DNA from: Mycolicibacterium smegmatis
GTDB lineage: Bacteria > Actinomycetota > Actinomycetes > Mycobacteriales > Mycobacteriaceae
DNA length: 32,000 bases
Reading direction: 5' to 3'
NCBI RefSeq assembly: GCF_001457595.1
Contig: NZ_LN831039.1
Span: forward strand, 5,700,001-5,732,000
The notes below the pieces were generated by a model that had not been told where the DNA came from, ran no database searches, and worked only from the letters and a program-made list of their open reading frames with translations. Positions 16,308 to 24,900 of this stretch are shown in pieces (the stretch's first letter is position 1; each line of letters opens with the position of its first letter). A program made the position numbers and the translations under genes.

Positions 16308-17224
16308 GAGAACAGCCCCGTGAGCCCGCGCCGGCCCACACGCCTGGTGAGAATGTCGCGCGTGGTGGAGATCCCGAACGGCAGGCGCCGCAACGGCTGG
16401 CTGTGCCGCGACAGCCACGACAGCGTGGTCTCGTCGCAGAAGCCGACCGCACCGTGGAGTTGGTGGCACACCCGGAACACGACCTCGGCGGCCTCGATCG
16501 CCGCCAGGCGCAACGCGAGCGCATCGTCGACGACCTCGGTGGTGTCATGTCGGGTGAGGCCCCACAGCGCGTGTTTGGCGAGGATGTCGACGCCACTGCG
16601 TTCCACCTCGGCGTCGGTGAGCTGGAACTGCACGCCCTGGAACGACGACAGTGTCTGGCCGAACTGCTTGCGCAGGCTCACGTGCGCGACCGTGAGATCG
16701 ACGGCGCGGTCCAGCAGACCCAGCAGCGTCCAACTGCCCAGCACCAGACCGAGCGCCACGTCGCCGGCGCCCTGAGCGTCGATCTCGACGAGGTCCAGTG
16801 CGGTGGTGAACGCCGGCCCGGTCGCGCCGAGGCGAGTGACCGTGCTGCGCGTGCCGTCCAATGTGACGGCGGCCCAGCGCAGATCGAGCCCTGCGAGCGC
16901 GGCTTCGGGTGTACCGTCGGCCACCACGATGAGCCCGTCGACATCCAGATCGGTCGGCCGCGCCAGGCGTTCGGCGACCGGATACGGCAGCGCCCAGTAC
17001 CCGGCGCTGCGGCACAGCGCGGCCGCGGCCTCCAGCGCGTCGGCATCCGATCGCGGGTCCAGGTCCCAGGCCCCGAGCCCGTCGAGTACAGGACCGACCA
17101 GGCCCTGGCGGGCATCGGGTTTGGCCTCGGCCTGTTGCAGCAGTTCGTCGCCGCCCGCGGACTCGAAGGCCCGGAGGGCCTGGTGGCCGAACTCTTCGGC
17201 ATCGTCGGACAGATCGAGAATCAT
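16304..17224 (-). CDS. acyl-CoA dehydrogenase family protein, short partner (306 aa)
   Basis: ...LDRAVDLTVAHVSLRKQFGQTLSSFQGVQFQLTDAEVERSGVDILAKHALWGLTRHD...FRVCHQLHGAVGFCDETTLSWLSRHSQPLRR; degenerate ACAD motifs. Confidence 0.83.
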   Translation of the reverse strand: MILDLSDDAEEFGHQALRAFESAGGDELLQQAEAKPDARQGLVGPVLDGLGAWDLDPRSDADALEAAAALCRSAGYWALPYPVAERLARPTDLDVDGLIVVADGTPEAALAGLDLRWAAVTLDGTRSTVTRLGATGPAFTTALDLVEIDAQGAGDVALGLVLGSWTLLGLLDRAVDLTVAHVSLRKQFGQTLSSFQGVQFQLTDAEVERSGVDILAKHALWGLTRHDTTEVVDDALALRLAAIEAAEVVFRVCHQLHGAVGFCDETTLSWLSRHSQPLRRLPFGISTTRDILTRRVGRRGLTGLFS

Positions 17225-18378
17225 CGGGCGGCTCCTGCGAACATGGTGCGCGACAACAGGATGCGCTGCATCTCGATGCTGCCCGAGGACACCGTGGACG
17301 CCTGCGAATAGCGCCAGTGATCCTCGACCTCGGCGCGGAAGTACTCAGTGCGCTGGTCTCCACCGCGCGGCAGCGCCGCGGCGATTTCCATGAGCACCTC
17401 CGCGCTTTCCTGGTCCAGTCGGGTCACCGCGATCCGATAGGCCGCGGAGTCACCGGGATTCACGCGTCCGGTGGCCTGCATCGCCACCACGCGGTACGCC
17501 ATGAGCCGGGCACGACGGCAGTGTGTGAGCATGCGGGTCCACCGGCCGCGCAGTTCGGCGGGCAACTGATCCCATGCGTCGCCCAGCACGTCGGGCGCGG
17601 CCTGCAGCAGGCGCTCGCAGCGCGCGTAGCGGGCGATGCCCACACGCTCGAACGACACCACGTCCTGCACGATCTTCCAGCCCTCGTCGACCGTGCCCAA
17701 CACATCAGCCTCGGTGACCTCGAGATCGTCGAAGAACACCTCGTTGAGGTGATGTGGGCCCATCATGGTGCGGATGGGCCGCACCGTGATCGCCGGATCG
17801 TCCATGGAGACAAGGAAGATCGTCAAACCCTGCTGCTTTTTCTCACCTCTGGACGTCCGCGCCAACAGGAAGCACCACTGCGCCATGGTCGCGTAGGACG
17901 TCCAGATCTTCTGGCCGTTGATACGCCACCCGTCGTCGACGCGCCGCGCCGAGGTGCGCAGCGAAGCCAGGTCGGAGCCAGCCTCGGGTTCGGAAAACCC
18001 CTGGCACCAGATGACCTCGCCGTTGGCGATCGGCGGCAGGTGCTTGCGCTGCTGCTCCTCGGTGCCGTACCGCATGATGATCGGGCCCACCCAGTTGACG
18101 CCCATGTACTGCGCGCCGCGCGGTTCGTGGTGCGCCCACATCTCCTCGCGCACCACGGTCTGTTCCCACACCGATGCATCCCCGCCACCGAACTCCCGAG
18201 GCCACGACATGCACAGCAGTTGCCGTTCGGCCAGGGTGCGGCAGAACTGTTGTGCCACCGCCAGATCGGCGGGGTTGTCGGTGAACGCACCGAGGAAGTC
18301 CGCGGGCACATGCTCGTCGATGAGCGCGCGCAGTTCACCGCGCAACCGGTTGGCGTCCTCGCCCAGATCGAAATCCAC
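17221..18378 (-). CDS. acyl-CoA dehydrogenase family protein (385 aa)
   Basis: GTG 18378: VDFDLGEDANRLRGELRALIDEHVP...LCMSWPREFGGGDASVWEQTVVREEMWAHHEPRGAQYMGVNWVGPIIMRYGTEEQQRKHLPPIANGEVIWCQGFSEPEAGSDLASLRTSARRVDDGWRINGQKIWTSYA. Confidence 0.92.
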   Translation of the reverse strand: MDFDLGEDANRLRGELRALIDEHVPADFLGAFTDNPADLAVAQQFCRTLAERQLLCMSWPREFGGGDASVWEQTVVREEMWAHHEPRGAQYMGVNWVGPIIMRYGTEEQQRKHLPPIANGEVIWCQGFSEPEAGSDLASLRTSARRVDDGWRINGQKIWTSYATMAQWCFLLARTSRGEKKQQGLTIFLVSMDDPAITVRPIRTMMGPHHLNEVFFDDLEVTEADVLGTVDEGWKIVQDVVSFERVGIARYARCERLLQAAPDVLGDAWDQLPAELRGRWTRMLTHCRRARLMAYRVVAMQATGRVNPGDSAAYRIAVTRLDQESAEVLMEIAAALPRGGDQRTEYFRAEVEDHWRYSQASTVSSGSIEMQRILLSRTMFAGAAR

Positions 18379-18389
18379 TGTCGCCTCTC

Positions 18390-19541
18390 TCAGCCGGCTT
18401 TGTTCTGTGGGCGCACCTCGGCCAGCATGTCTTCGGTGTCGGCACCGAGTTCCGGCGCGAAGCCCCTGACGTGTCCCGGTGTCTTCGAGAACCACGTCGG
18501 CACCCCCGGAAACCGCACCGGGCCGTACTGGGTGTCGACGGTCTCGAACAACCCGACGGCGGCCAGGTGCGGATTGTCGAAGAGCGCGTCGGGGGTGTGG
18601 ATCGGCGCGGCCGGAATCTCCAGATCTTCGAACAGGTCCAGCCATTCGGCCGTCGTGCGTTCCTTGAGTGTCTGTGCCAGCAGGCCGTACACGGTGTCGA
18701 TCTGACGGGCGCGGGCCTCCAGCGTGGCGTACTCGGGGCGGTTCCACGGCGGTTGCACGGCGTCGATGAACGCGTTCCAGTGCTTGTCGTTGTAGATCAG
18801 CGCAGCGATGTGCCCGTCCTTGGTCTCGTACGGCCTGCGGTTGGGCGCGACGGTGCGCGGATACACCGCGGGTCCCAGCGGCGGGTCGAACATGGCGCCG
18901 TTGGCGTGCTCGACGAGCATGAACGCCGCCATGGTCTCGAACATGCCGACCTCGACCTCCTGTCCCTCGCCCGTGCGTTCGCGGTGGAACAGCGCCATCA
19001 TCGTGGAGTACAGCGCGGTCAGGCCCGCGACCTTGTCGGCCATGATGGTGCCGACGTAGGCGGCCTCCCCCGTCAATTGCTTTTGCACTGCGGGAAGACC
19101 ACATTCGGCCTGGATGGTGTCGTCGTAGGCGGGGCGGTCGGCGTCGGGGCCGCGCCTGCCGTAGCCGTAGCAGTTGGTGTAGACGATGCGCGGGTTGATC
19201 GCGGCGACGTCGTCGTAGCCGAAGCCGAGTTTCGCGATGGCCTTGGCCCGCATGGAGTGGATGAACACGTCGGCGTCGGCGATCAGGTCACGCAGGTCGG
19301 CCTTGCCGGACGCGGTCCGCAGATCCAGCACGATGCTGCGCTTGCCACGGTTGACGTTGACGAACACACCGCTGAGTCCCGGCGCCGGGCCGACCGAGAC
19401 GTAGCGCGTGTCGTCGCCCTGCGGGGGTTCGACTTTGATGACGTCGGCACCCATGTCGGCCATGATCTGCGTGCAGTACGGGCCCATCACCATCGCGGTG
19501 AGGTCGATGACACGGACACCCTGCAAGGGACCGCCGGTCAT
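18390..19541 (-). CDS. CaiB/BaiF-type (family III) CoA-transferase
   Basis: LQGVRVIDLTAMVMGPYCTQIMADMGADVIKVEPPQGDDTRYVSVGPAPGLSGVFVNVNRGKRSIVLDLRTASGKADLRDLIADADVFIHSMRAKAIAKLGFGYDDVAAINPRIVYTNCYGYG. Confidence 0.93.
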   Translation of the reverse strand: MTGGPLQGVRVIDLTAMVMGPYCTQIMADMGADVIKVEPPQGDDTRYVSVGPAPGLSGVFVNVNRGKRSIVLDLRTASGKADLRDLIADADVFIHSMRAKAIAKLGFGYDDVAAINPRIVYTNCYGYGRRGPDADRPAYDDTIQAECGLPAVQKQLTGEAAYVGTIMADKVAGLTALYSTMMALFHRERTGEGQEVEVGMFETMAAFMLVEHANGAMFDPPLGPAVYPRTVAPNRRPYETKDGHIAALIYNDKHWNAFIDAVQPPWNRPEYATLEARARQIDTVYGLLAQTLKERTTAEWLDLFEDLEIPAAPIHTPDALFDNPHLAAVGLFETVDTQYGPVRFPGVPTWFSKTPGHVRGFAPELGADTEDMLAEVRPQNKAG

Positions 19542-20458
19542 GATCCGACCCCCTGCGCCGCTTGCGCAAAGCTGTAGCGGATGTGCTCCGCGTGCCCGTC
19601 GGGAACCACGGGGAACGTCACCGGTGCCGAGATGTCGCGGATCTCGTCGATGCGTTCACCCACCTGCTCGACGGTCCACGACGGCTGGTACACGCCGGGG
19701 CTCTCGACGAGCGCGGCACGGCCGATACGCCCGGCGATCGCGACGAGGTATTCGCCGGTGACCGAACAGGTTTCGTGTGCGAGCCAGCCGACCGCGGGCG
19801 CCACCAGGTCCGGGCCCATGGGCGGATATGCCGACGTGTCGAGGCCCTCGGCCATGCGGGTCACGGCACCTGGGATGATCGCGTTGCACGTCACGCCGTC
19901 GGCCGCGCCCTCGAGGGCGACGACGTTGCACAACCCGAGAATCCCGGCCTTGGCTGCGGCGTAGTTGACCACACCGTGGTTGCCGTACAGGCCGCCGATC
20001 GACGACGTCAGCACCACACGGCCGTAACCGGCGTCGCACATGACCGGAAACGCCGGGCGCACCACGTGATAGGCACCGCGCAGGTGCACGTCGAGGACCG
20101 CGTCGAAATCGTCGTCACCGAGTTCCCGCAGCGATCCGCGCCGCACGTTGCCCGCGTTGTGGATCAGGATGTCGACGCGGCCGTAGTGCTCGAGCGCGGT
20201 GTCGACGATGGCCCTGCCGCCCGCCGCGGTCGCGACGGAATCGGTCGACGCGACGGCTCGCCCACCGGCGGCGACGATCTCCTCGACCACGGCGTGCGCC
20301 GGCGCCTCGTCCGACCCGTCGCCGGTCAGGCTGACCCCGGCGTCGTTGACCACCACCTTGGCGCCGCGCGCCGCCAGGAGCAGCGCGTACTCGCGGCCCA
20401 GCCCCCGGCCGGCTCCGGTGACCACGGCGACACGGTCATCGAATCTGAGTGCGCTCAC
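19538..20458 (-). CDS. short-chain dehydrogenase/reductase (SDR), MFE-type (3-hydroxyacyl-CoA dehydrogenase-like)
   Basis: GTG 20458: VSALRFDDRVAVVTGAGRGLGREYALLLAARGAKVVVNDAGVSLTGDGSDEAPAHAVVEEI...DILIHNAGNVRR...YGRVVLTSSIGGLYGNHGVVNYAAAKAGILGL. VVVNDxG...G is typical of the MFE2-type SDR subgroup. Confidence 0.88.
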   Translation of the reverse strand: MSALRFDDRVAVVTGAGRGLGREYALLLAARGAKVVVNDAGVSLTGDGSDEAPAHAVVEEIVAAGGRAVASTDSVATAAGGRAIVDTALEHYGRVDILIHNAGNVRRGSLRELGDDDFDAVLDVHLRGAYHVVRPAFPVMCDAGYGRVVLTSSIGGLYGNHGVVNYAAAKAGILGLCNVVALEGAADGVTCNAIIPGAVTRMAEGLDTSAYPPMGPDLVAPAVGWLAHETCSVTGEYLVAIAGRIGRAALVESPGVYQPSWTVEQVGERIDEIRDISAPVTFPVVPDGHAEHIRYSFAQAAQGVGS

Positions 20459-20474
20459 GTGCCGGAGGTCCCTG

Positions 20475-22313
20475 TCATGAGATCTCCAACCCGTCGAGGT
20501 CACCCTTGTCGCGCCACTGCTTGAGCAGATCGCCGAAGGCGTAGAAGCCCGGGCCGTACGGCTCACCGAGGTGCGAGCGGATGCCCTCGCCGCCACCGCC
20601 GCCTTCGTTGTTGTAGTAGCCCGGCGTGCATTCGGCGTCGAAAGCCGAGTTGTCGACGAAGTTCTCCTTGATGGTTCGGCACCACGCGTCCTGCGCTTGT
20701 TGGCTGGGCTCGACGGTGGTGACACCGCGGTTGAGCGCCTCGGCGATCACGTACGCGATGTGCTCGCCCTGCAGTTCGTAGTTGGCCGAGATGTTGGCCG
20801 AGATGCCCACCTGGGTGAACCCGGTGAAGAACTGGTTGGGGAACCCGCGGCTGGTCATGCCGTGCAACGTCTTGTAGCCGTCGGCCCAGTGGTCGTACAG
20901 CGACACTCCGCCGCGGCCCTTGATGGAGTCGATCGAGAAGCGCCTGCGGATCTCGGTGGTGATCTCGAACCCGCTGGCGAAGATGATGCAGTCGACCTCG
21001 TACTCGTTGCCGTTGGCGACGATGCCGGTCTGGGTGATGCGTTCGACGCCTTTGGTTTCCGATACGTCGACCAGCGTGACGTTGGGCCGGTTGAACGTGG
21101 ACAGGTACTCGTCGTTGGAGCACGGCCGTTTACACAGGAAGCGGTAGTACGGCTTGAGCGCCTCGGCGGTCTGCGGATCCTTGACGAGCTGGTCGACGCG
21201 GCGGCGCAGCCGCTCCATGACCTTGTAGTCCTCTTCCTCCCGGATGACCATGAACTGCTCGGGGGTCATGGACGCCGGATCTTCCAGCGCCATCACACGC
21301 GCGGCGGTGTTGCGCCCCAGTTCGGTCCAGAAGTCGCACACCAGATCCGGCTGTCCGAGCGCCATGCCCTCGAATGTCCATGCGTGGAAGTTGCGCTGGC
21401 GTTCCTTCTGCCAGCCCGGCTGCAGCGTCTTGACCCATTCGGGATCGGTCGGGGTGTTATTGCGCTCGTCGACCGTCGAGGGCGTGCGCTGGAAGACGTA
21501 CAGGTGCTCGGCGTCCCGGCCCAGGTACGGCACCAACTGCACGCCGGTGGCGCCCGTGCCGATCAGCGCGACCTTCTTGTCGTGCAGCTTGTGCAGATTT
21601 CCGGTCGTGTCGCCGCCGGTGTAGGAGTAGTCCCACCGCGACGAGTGGAAGATGTGCCCGCCGAAGTCCTTGATCCCGGGGATGCCGGGCAGTTTGGGCC
21701 GGTTGAACGATCCGGACGCCATCACCACGAACCGCGCGCGGATGTCGTCGCCGCGGTTGGTCGAGATGCGCCAGCGCTTGAGGTCGTCCTCCCACCGCAT
21801 GTCCCTGACCTGCGTGGAGAAGATCGCACCGTCGTAGAGGCCGAAGTGCTTGCCGATGTTGCGGCAGTGCTGGAAGATCTCGGCGCCGTCGGCGAACTTC
21901 TTGCTGGGCATGAACCCGAGCTCTTCGAGCAGCGGTATGTAGCAATAGGATTCATTGTCGCACTGGATGCCCGGGTAGCGGTTCCAGTACCAGACTCCGC
22001 CGAAGTCGCCACCCATCTCGATGATGTGGACGTCCTCGACGCCGGCCTTCTTCAACGACGCGCCGACCAGCAGGCCCGCGAATCCGCCGCCGAGGACCGC
22101 GACGTCGATGTCGATGTCGAGCGAATCGCGCTCGACGTACGGCGTGTGCGGATCGACCTCACCGAACTGCGCGAACCGATCCCTGGTCTCGACGTACTGC
22201 TTGGAACCCTCTGCACGCAGGCGTTTCTCGCGTTCGACGCGATACTTCTCCCGCAGCGCATCGATGTCGATGTCGGTGGGGGTGTCGGTGGGTCCGCAGG
22301 TGGTCTGGCTCAT
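20475..22313 (-). CDS. Baeyer-Villiger-type flavin monooxygenase (type I BVMO)
   Basis: GGGFAGLLVGASLKKAGVEDVHIIEMGGDFGGVWYWNRYPG (FAD Rossmann); FGGHIFHSSRWD matches the BVMO fingerprint FxGxxxHxxxW(P/D); GTGATGVQ (NADP Rossmann). Confidence 0.92.
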   Translation of the reverse strand: MSQTTCGPTDTPTDIDIDALREKYRVEREKRLRAEGSKQYVETRDRFAQFGEVDPHTPYVERDSLDIDIDVAVLGGGFAGLLVGASLKKAGVEDVHIIEMGGDFGGVWYWNRYPGIQCDNESYCYIPLLEELGFMPSKKFADGAEIFQHCRNIGKHFGLYDGAIFSTQVRDMRWEDDLKRWRISTNRGDDIRARFVVMASGSFNRPKLPGIPGIKDFGGHIFHSSRWDYSYTGGDTTGNLHKLHDKKVALIGTGATGVQLVPYLGRDAEHLYVFQRTPSTVDERNNTPTDPEWVKTLQPGWQKERQRNFHAWTFEGMALGQPDLVCDFWTELGRNTAARVMALEDPASMTPEQFMVIREEEDYKVMERLRRRVDQLVKDPQTAEALKPYYRFLCKRPCSNDEYLSTFNRPNVTLVDVSETKGVERITQTGIVANGNEYEVDCIIFASGFEITTEIRRRFSIDSIKGRGGVSLYDHWADGYKTLHGMTSRGFPNQFFTGFTQVGISANISANYELQGEHIAYVIAEALNRGVTTVEPSQQAQDAWCRTIKENFVDNSAFDAECTPGYYNNEGGGGGEGIRSHLGEPYGPGFYAFGDLLKQWRDKGDLDGLEIS

Positions 22314-23482
22314 GCTGTGACGCTCTCGGGTAGGACGGAGGGATGCAGCGGGGCAGGCATGTCGTGCACGGCGGGCAGCACCTCGGCCGCGAACAGCTTG
22401 ACGCTCTCCATGGCTTCCTCGTAGGGCATGGTGCCGAACTGCGGGACGATGGTGACCTCGGAGAACGAGCACGCCTCCTGCGCAGCCTTGAGCTTCTCGA
22501 ACACGGTTTCCGGCGTGCCGATGAGCAGGTTCGACGCGTGGTATCCGGGTGGTCCGCCCTTCTTCTGGTTGCCGACCTCCGACGCGAGCACCGCGGTGGC
22601 GCTGGCCTCACGCGCGGCGTAGGCCTCATAGCCTTTGACGCCCCGGAAGTTCGACGCGTCGGCGAAGCCGTAGTGCACGTTGACGTCGCGGTTGGCCGTC
22701 CAGATCCACTCCTCGGTCTGTTCGATCTCGTCCTGCGAGTTGGTGCAGTACATGAACATGACGTTCTTGGGCTGGCACGGCGGCAGGCCTTCCTCGGCGC
22801 GGAAGGTGTTGACCTTCTTGACCTCTTCACCGGCGTCCGTGATCGGCTTGTTGCCCACGAACAGCGGCACCATGCCGCGCCGCGACAGGATCTCGAGCGA
22901 TTCGGCCGTCGACGACGAACTGTAGATGCGGTCGTACAGGTCGGTGCTGATCGGTTCGGGGCGCAGCGACATCTCGGGAAAGGAGAAGATCTCGCCCTCG
23001 TAGGAGAACCGCTCACCCGAGAATGCGAGCTTGAGGATGTCGAGGGTCTCGTTGAACCGCTGCCTGCTCTCCTCACGTGGTACGCCCACGGCCGCGAACT
23101 CGCCCTTGGACACACCGCGACCGAGGCCGATCGTGGTGTAACGCCCGTTGGAGACGATGTCGAGGTAGGCGATCTGGGTGGCCAGGCGGATCGGGTTCCA
23201 CCACGGCACCACCGCGACGAACGTGCCGAGGCTCACGCGCTCGGTGCGGCCCGCGAAGTATGTCAGCGCCTGAATGGGATTGGGCGTCATGCCGTACGGC
23301 GTGCCGTGGTGCTCGGGAAACCAGATGCCGTCGAAGCCCAGTGGTTCGGCGAGGTCACCGAGCGCGAGCGCGGCCTGCACACACTGGTGGTCCGGTGTTG
23401 CGGGCGGGCGGCTCCAGTCCTCGGCCAGCACCCGCTCCCAGTCGCGGGAGTTCTGTGCTCCCGTACCCAGATTGACTTTCAT
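22310..23482 (-). CDS. luciferase-like (LLM) flavin-dependent oxidoreductase
   Basis: ATG 23482: MKVNLGTGAQNSRDWERVLAEDW...GFDGIWFPEHHGTPYGMTPNPIQALTYFAGRTERVSLGTFVAVVPWWNPIRLATQIAYLDIVSNGRYTTIGLGRGVSKGEFAAVGVPREESRQRF. Confidence 0.93.
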   Translation of the reverse strand: MKVNLGTGAQNSRDWERVLAEDWSRPPATPDHQCVQAALALGDLAEPLGFDGIWFPEHHGTPYGMTPNPIQALTYFAGRTERVSLGTFVAVVPWWNPIRLATQIAYLDIVSNGRYTTIGLGRGVSKGEFAAVGVPREESRQRFNETLDILKLAFSGERFSYEGEIFSFPEMSLRPEPISTDLYDRIYSSSSTAESLEILSRRGMVPLFVGNKPITDAGEEVKKVNTFRAEEGLPPCQPKNVMFMYCTNSQDEIEQTEEWIWTANRDVNVHYGFADASNFRGVKGYEAYAAREASATAVLASEVGNQKKGGPPGYHASNLLIGTPETVFEKLKAAQEACSFSEVTIVPQFGTMPYEEAMESVKLFAAEVLPAVHDMPAPLHPSVLPESVTA

Positions 23483-24867
23483 GCGTTCTCCTGGAGGTCG
23501 CGGGGTTCTCCGGTCCCCATGTACTTCGACAGTTGGTAGTGCAGGTTGACGGTGCTGCGTTCGCGGTACGGGTTGGGCTTGGTGCCGGGGAATCCCATCG
23601 ACTTCATGCCCTGTTGCACCGCGGCCATGTTGGAGAAGTCCTGCGGCAGCACCGAGAGCCAGTTGGGGCTGTCGGCCGGCGTGTACTCCCATTCCGTCCG
23701 GGGCTCCTGCCCTTTGGGGAACAGCTCGAAGGTGGCGACCTCGAAGATGCACTTGTCGGGGTTGTAGCTGGGGTGCGGTTTGGCGCTGTAGCACAGCGCG
23801 GTGGTCAGGCCCTGTCCGATCTGGAAGTTGGGGAAGATCTGCCACGCGGTGCCTGCCTGGCCCAGGATGTCGGCCGGGATGGTGGGCCAGATGACGCCGC
23901 GGGCCTCGTCGTCGCGGCGGGCCGAGGCCAGCCAGTGCTCGAGCACCTTGTCGGGTGGTGTGCCCTCGGGCAGTTCGTCGACCAGGCGCTTGGCGGCGTT
24001 GACCAGGGTCTCGGTGGTGGTCGCGTTGGTCTGCTCCCACGTGTACATCTGCATCTCGGCGGTGGAGACGCGCGGATCGTCGCCCGTGCCGAGGCGGATC
24101 TTGGACTTGGTGGCCTCCATGTCCTTCGGCGCGTCGTAGCCGATGTTGCTGTGCTTGCCCTGTGCCTTGGCCCAGCCCTTGAACTCACCGAACTTGTTGA
24201 ACTCCGGATGCGTGGTGAACACGTGGTAGGTCTCGTTGAACGCCTCCAGCGCGACCTTCCAGTTGCAGTCGAAGTACAGCCACTTGCGCCACTTGTAGCG
24301 CATGTTTTCCAGACCGAACGGGTCGAGGATCTTGGCCGCGGGAAACAGGTAATCCGCCAACGGTTCCGGGTCCGGGTCCATGTTGATGAACAGCCAGCCA
24401 CCCCACGTGTCGACGTGTACGCGCGGCAGGTGGGTGTTCTCCGGGGTGAGCGTGCCCTGCCAGTCGTCCTGTTCGCGGATGTGGGTGCACGCGCCGGTGA
24501 GATCGTAGGTCCACCCGTGGAACCCGCACATGAACGATTTACGGGTGCGAGCACATGCGTTCTTGGCGCCCGCGGGGGTGTCGACGAGGCGCCTGCCGCG
24601 GTGCATGCAGACGTTGTGGTGCGCGGCAAACGATCCACCCGAGTCGCCGGGCCCCGTGCGCACCACCAGGATCGAATCGTCGAGGATGTCGTAGGTGAGG
24701 TAGCTGCCCACCTCGGGCAGTTCCTCGACGCGCCCGACCTGCTGCCACACCTTGCGCCACAACCTGTCTCGTTCGGCGCGTGCGTACGCCTCGGACGTGT
24801 AGGCCTCGACCCCGATGGTCATGGGCGTCGCGAGTGCCTCGTCGGTCCTGGGTTGCGTATCGGTCAT
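23479..24867 (-). CDS. Rieske non-heme iron oxygenase, alpha subunit
   Basis: VCMHRGRRLVDTPAGAKNACARTRKSFMCGFHGWTYDLTG (Rieske ligands CxH and CxxH); NWKVALEAFNETYHVFTTHP (mononuclear-iron-site-like region). Confidence 0.92.
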   Translation of the reverse strand: MTDTQPRTDEALATPMTIGVEAYTSEAYARAERDRLWRKVWQQVGRVEELPEVGSYLTYDILDDSILVVRTGPGDSGGSFAAHHNVCMHRGRRLVDTPAGAKNACARTRKSFMCGFHGWTYDLTGACTHIREQDDWQGTLTPENTHLPRVHVDTWGGWLFINMDPDPEPLADYLFPAAKILDPFGLENMRYKWRKWLYFDCNWKVALEAFNETYHVFTTHPEFNKFGEFKGWAKAQGKHSNIGYDAPKDMEATKSKIRLGTGDDPRVSTAEMQMYTWEQTNATTTETLVNAAKRLVDELPEGTPPDKVLEHWLASARRDDEARGVIWPTIPADILGQAGTAWQIFPNFQIGQGLTTALCYSAKPHPSYNPDKCIFEVATFELFPKGQEPRTEWEYTPADSPNWLSVLPQDFSNMAAVQQGMKSMGFPGTKPNPYRERSTVNLHYQLSKYMGTGEPRDLQENA

Positions 24868-24900
24868 CCCTACTCCTTTTCCGGCTCCTTCTCGCAGCCT

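Noticed and set aside
15207-16775. 522-aa plus-strand ORF, and the similar 14521..15810 and 16403..17311
   Set aside because: Antisense shadows of the ACAD/ECH operon with no domain-like sequence.
17317-18705. 462-aa plus-strand ORF
   Set aside because: Antisense to the ACAD and CoA-transferase genes; Arg/Val/His-rich without motifs.
20571-22424. 617-aa plus-strand ORF
   Set aside because: Covers the BVMO gene in antisense; the minus strand carries FAD, NADP and BVMO fingerprints.
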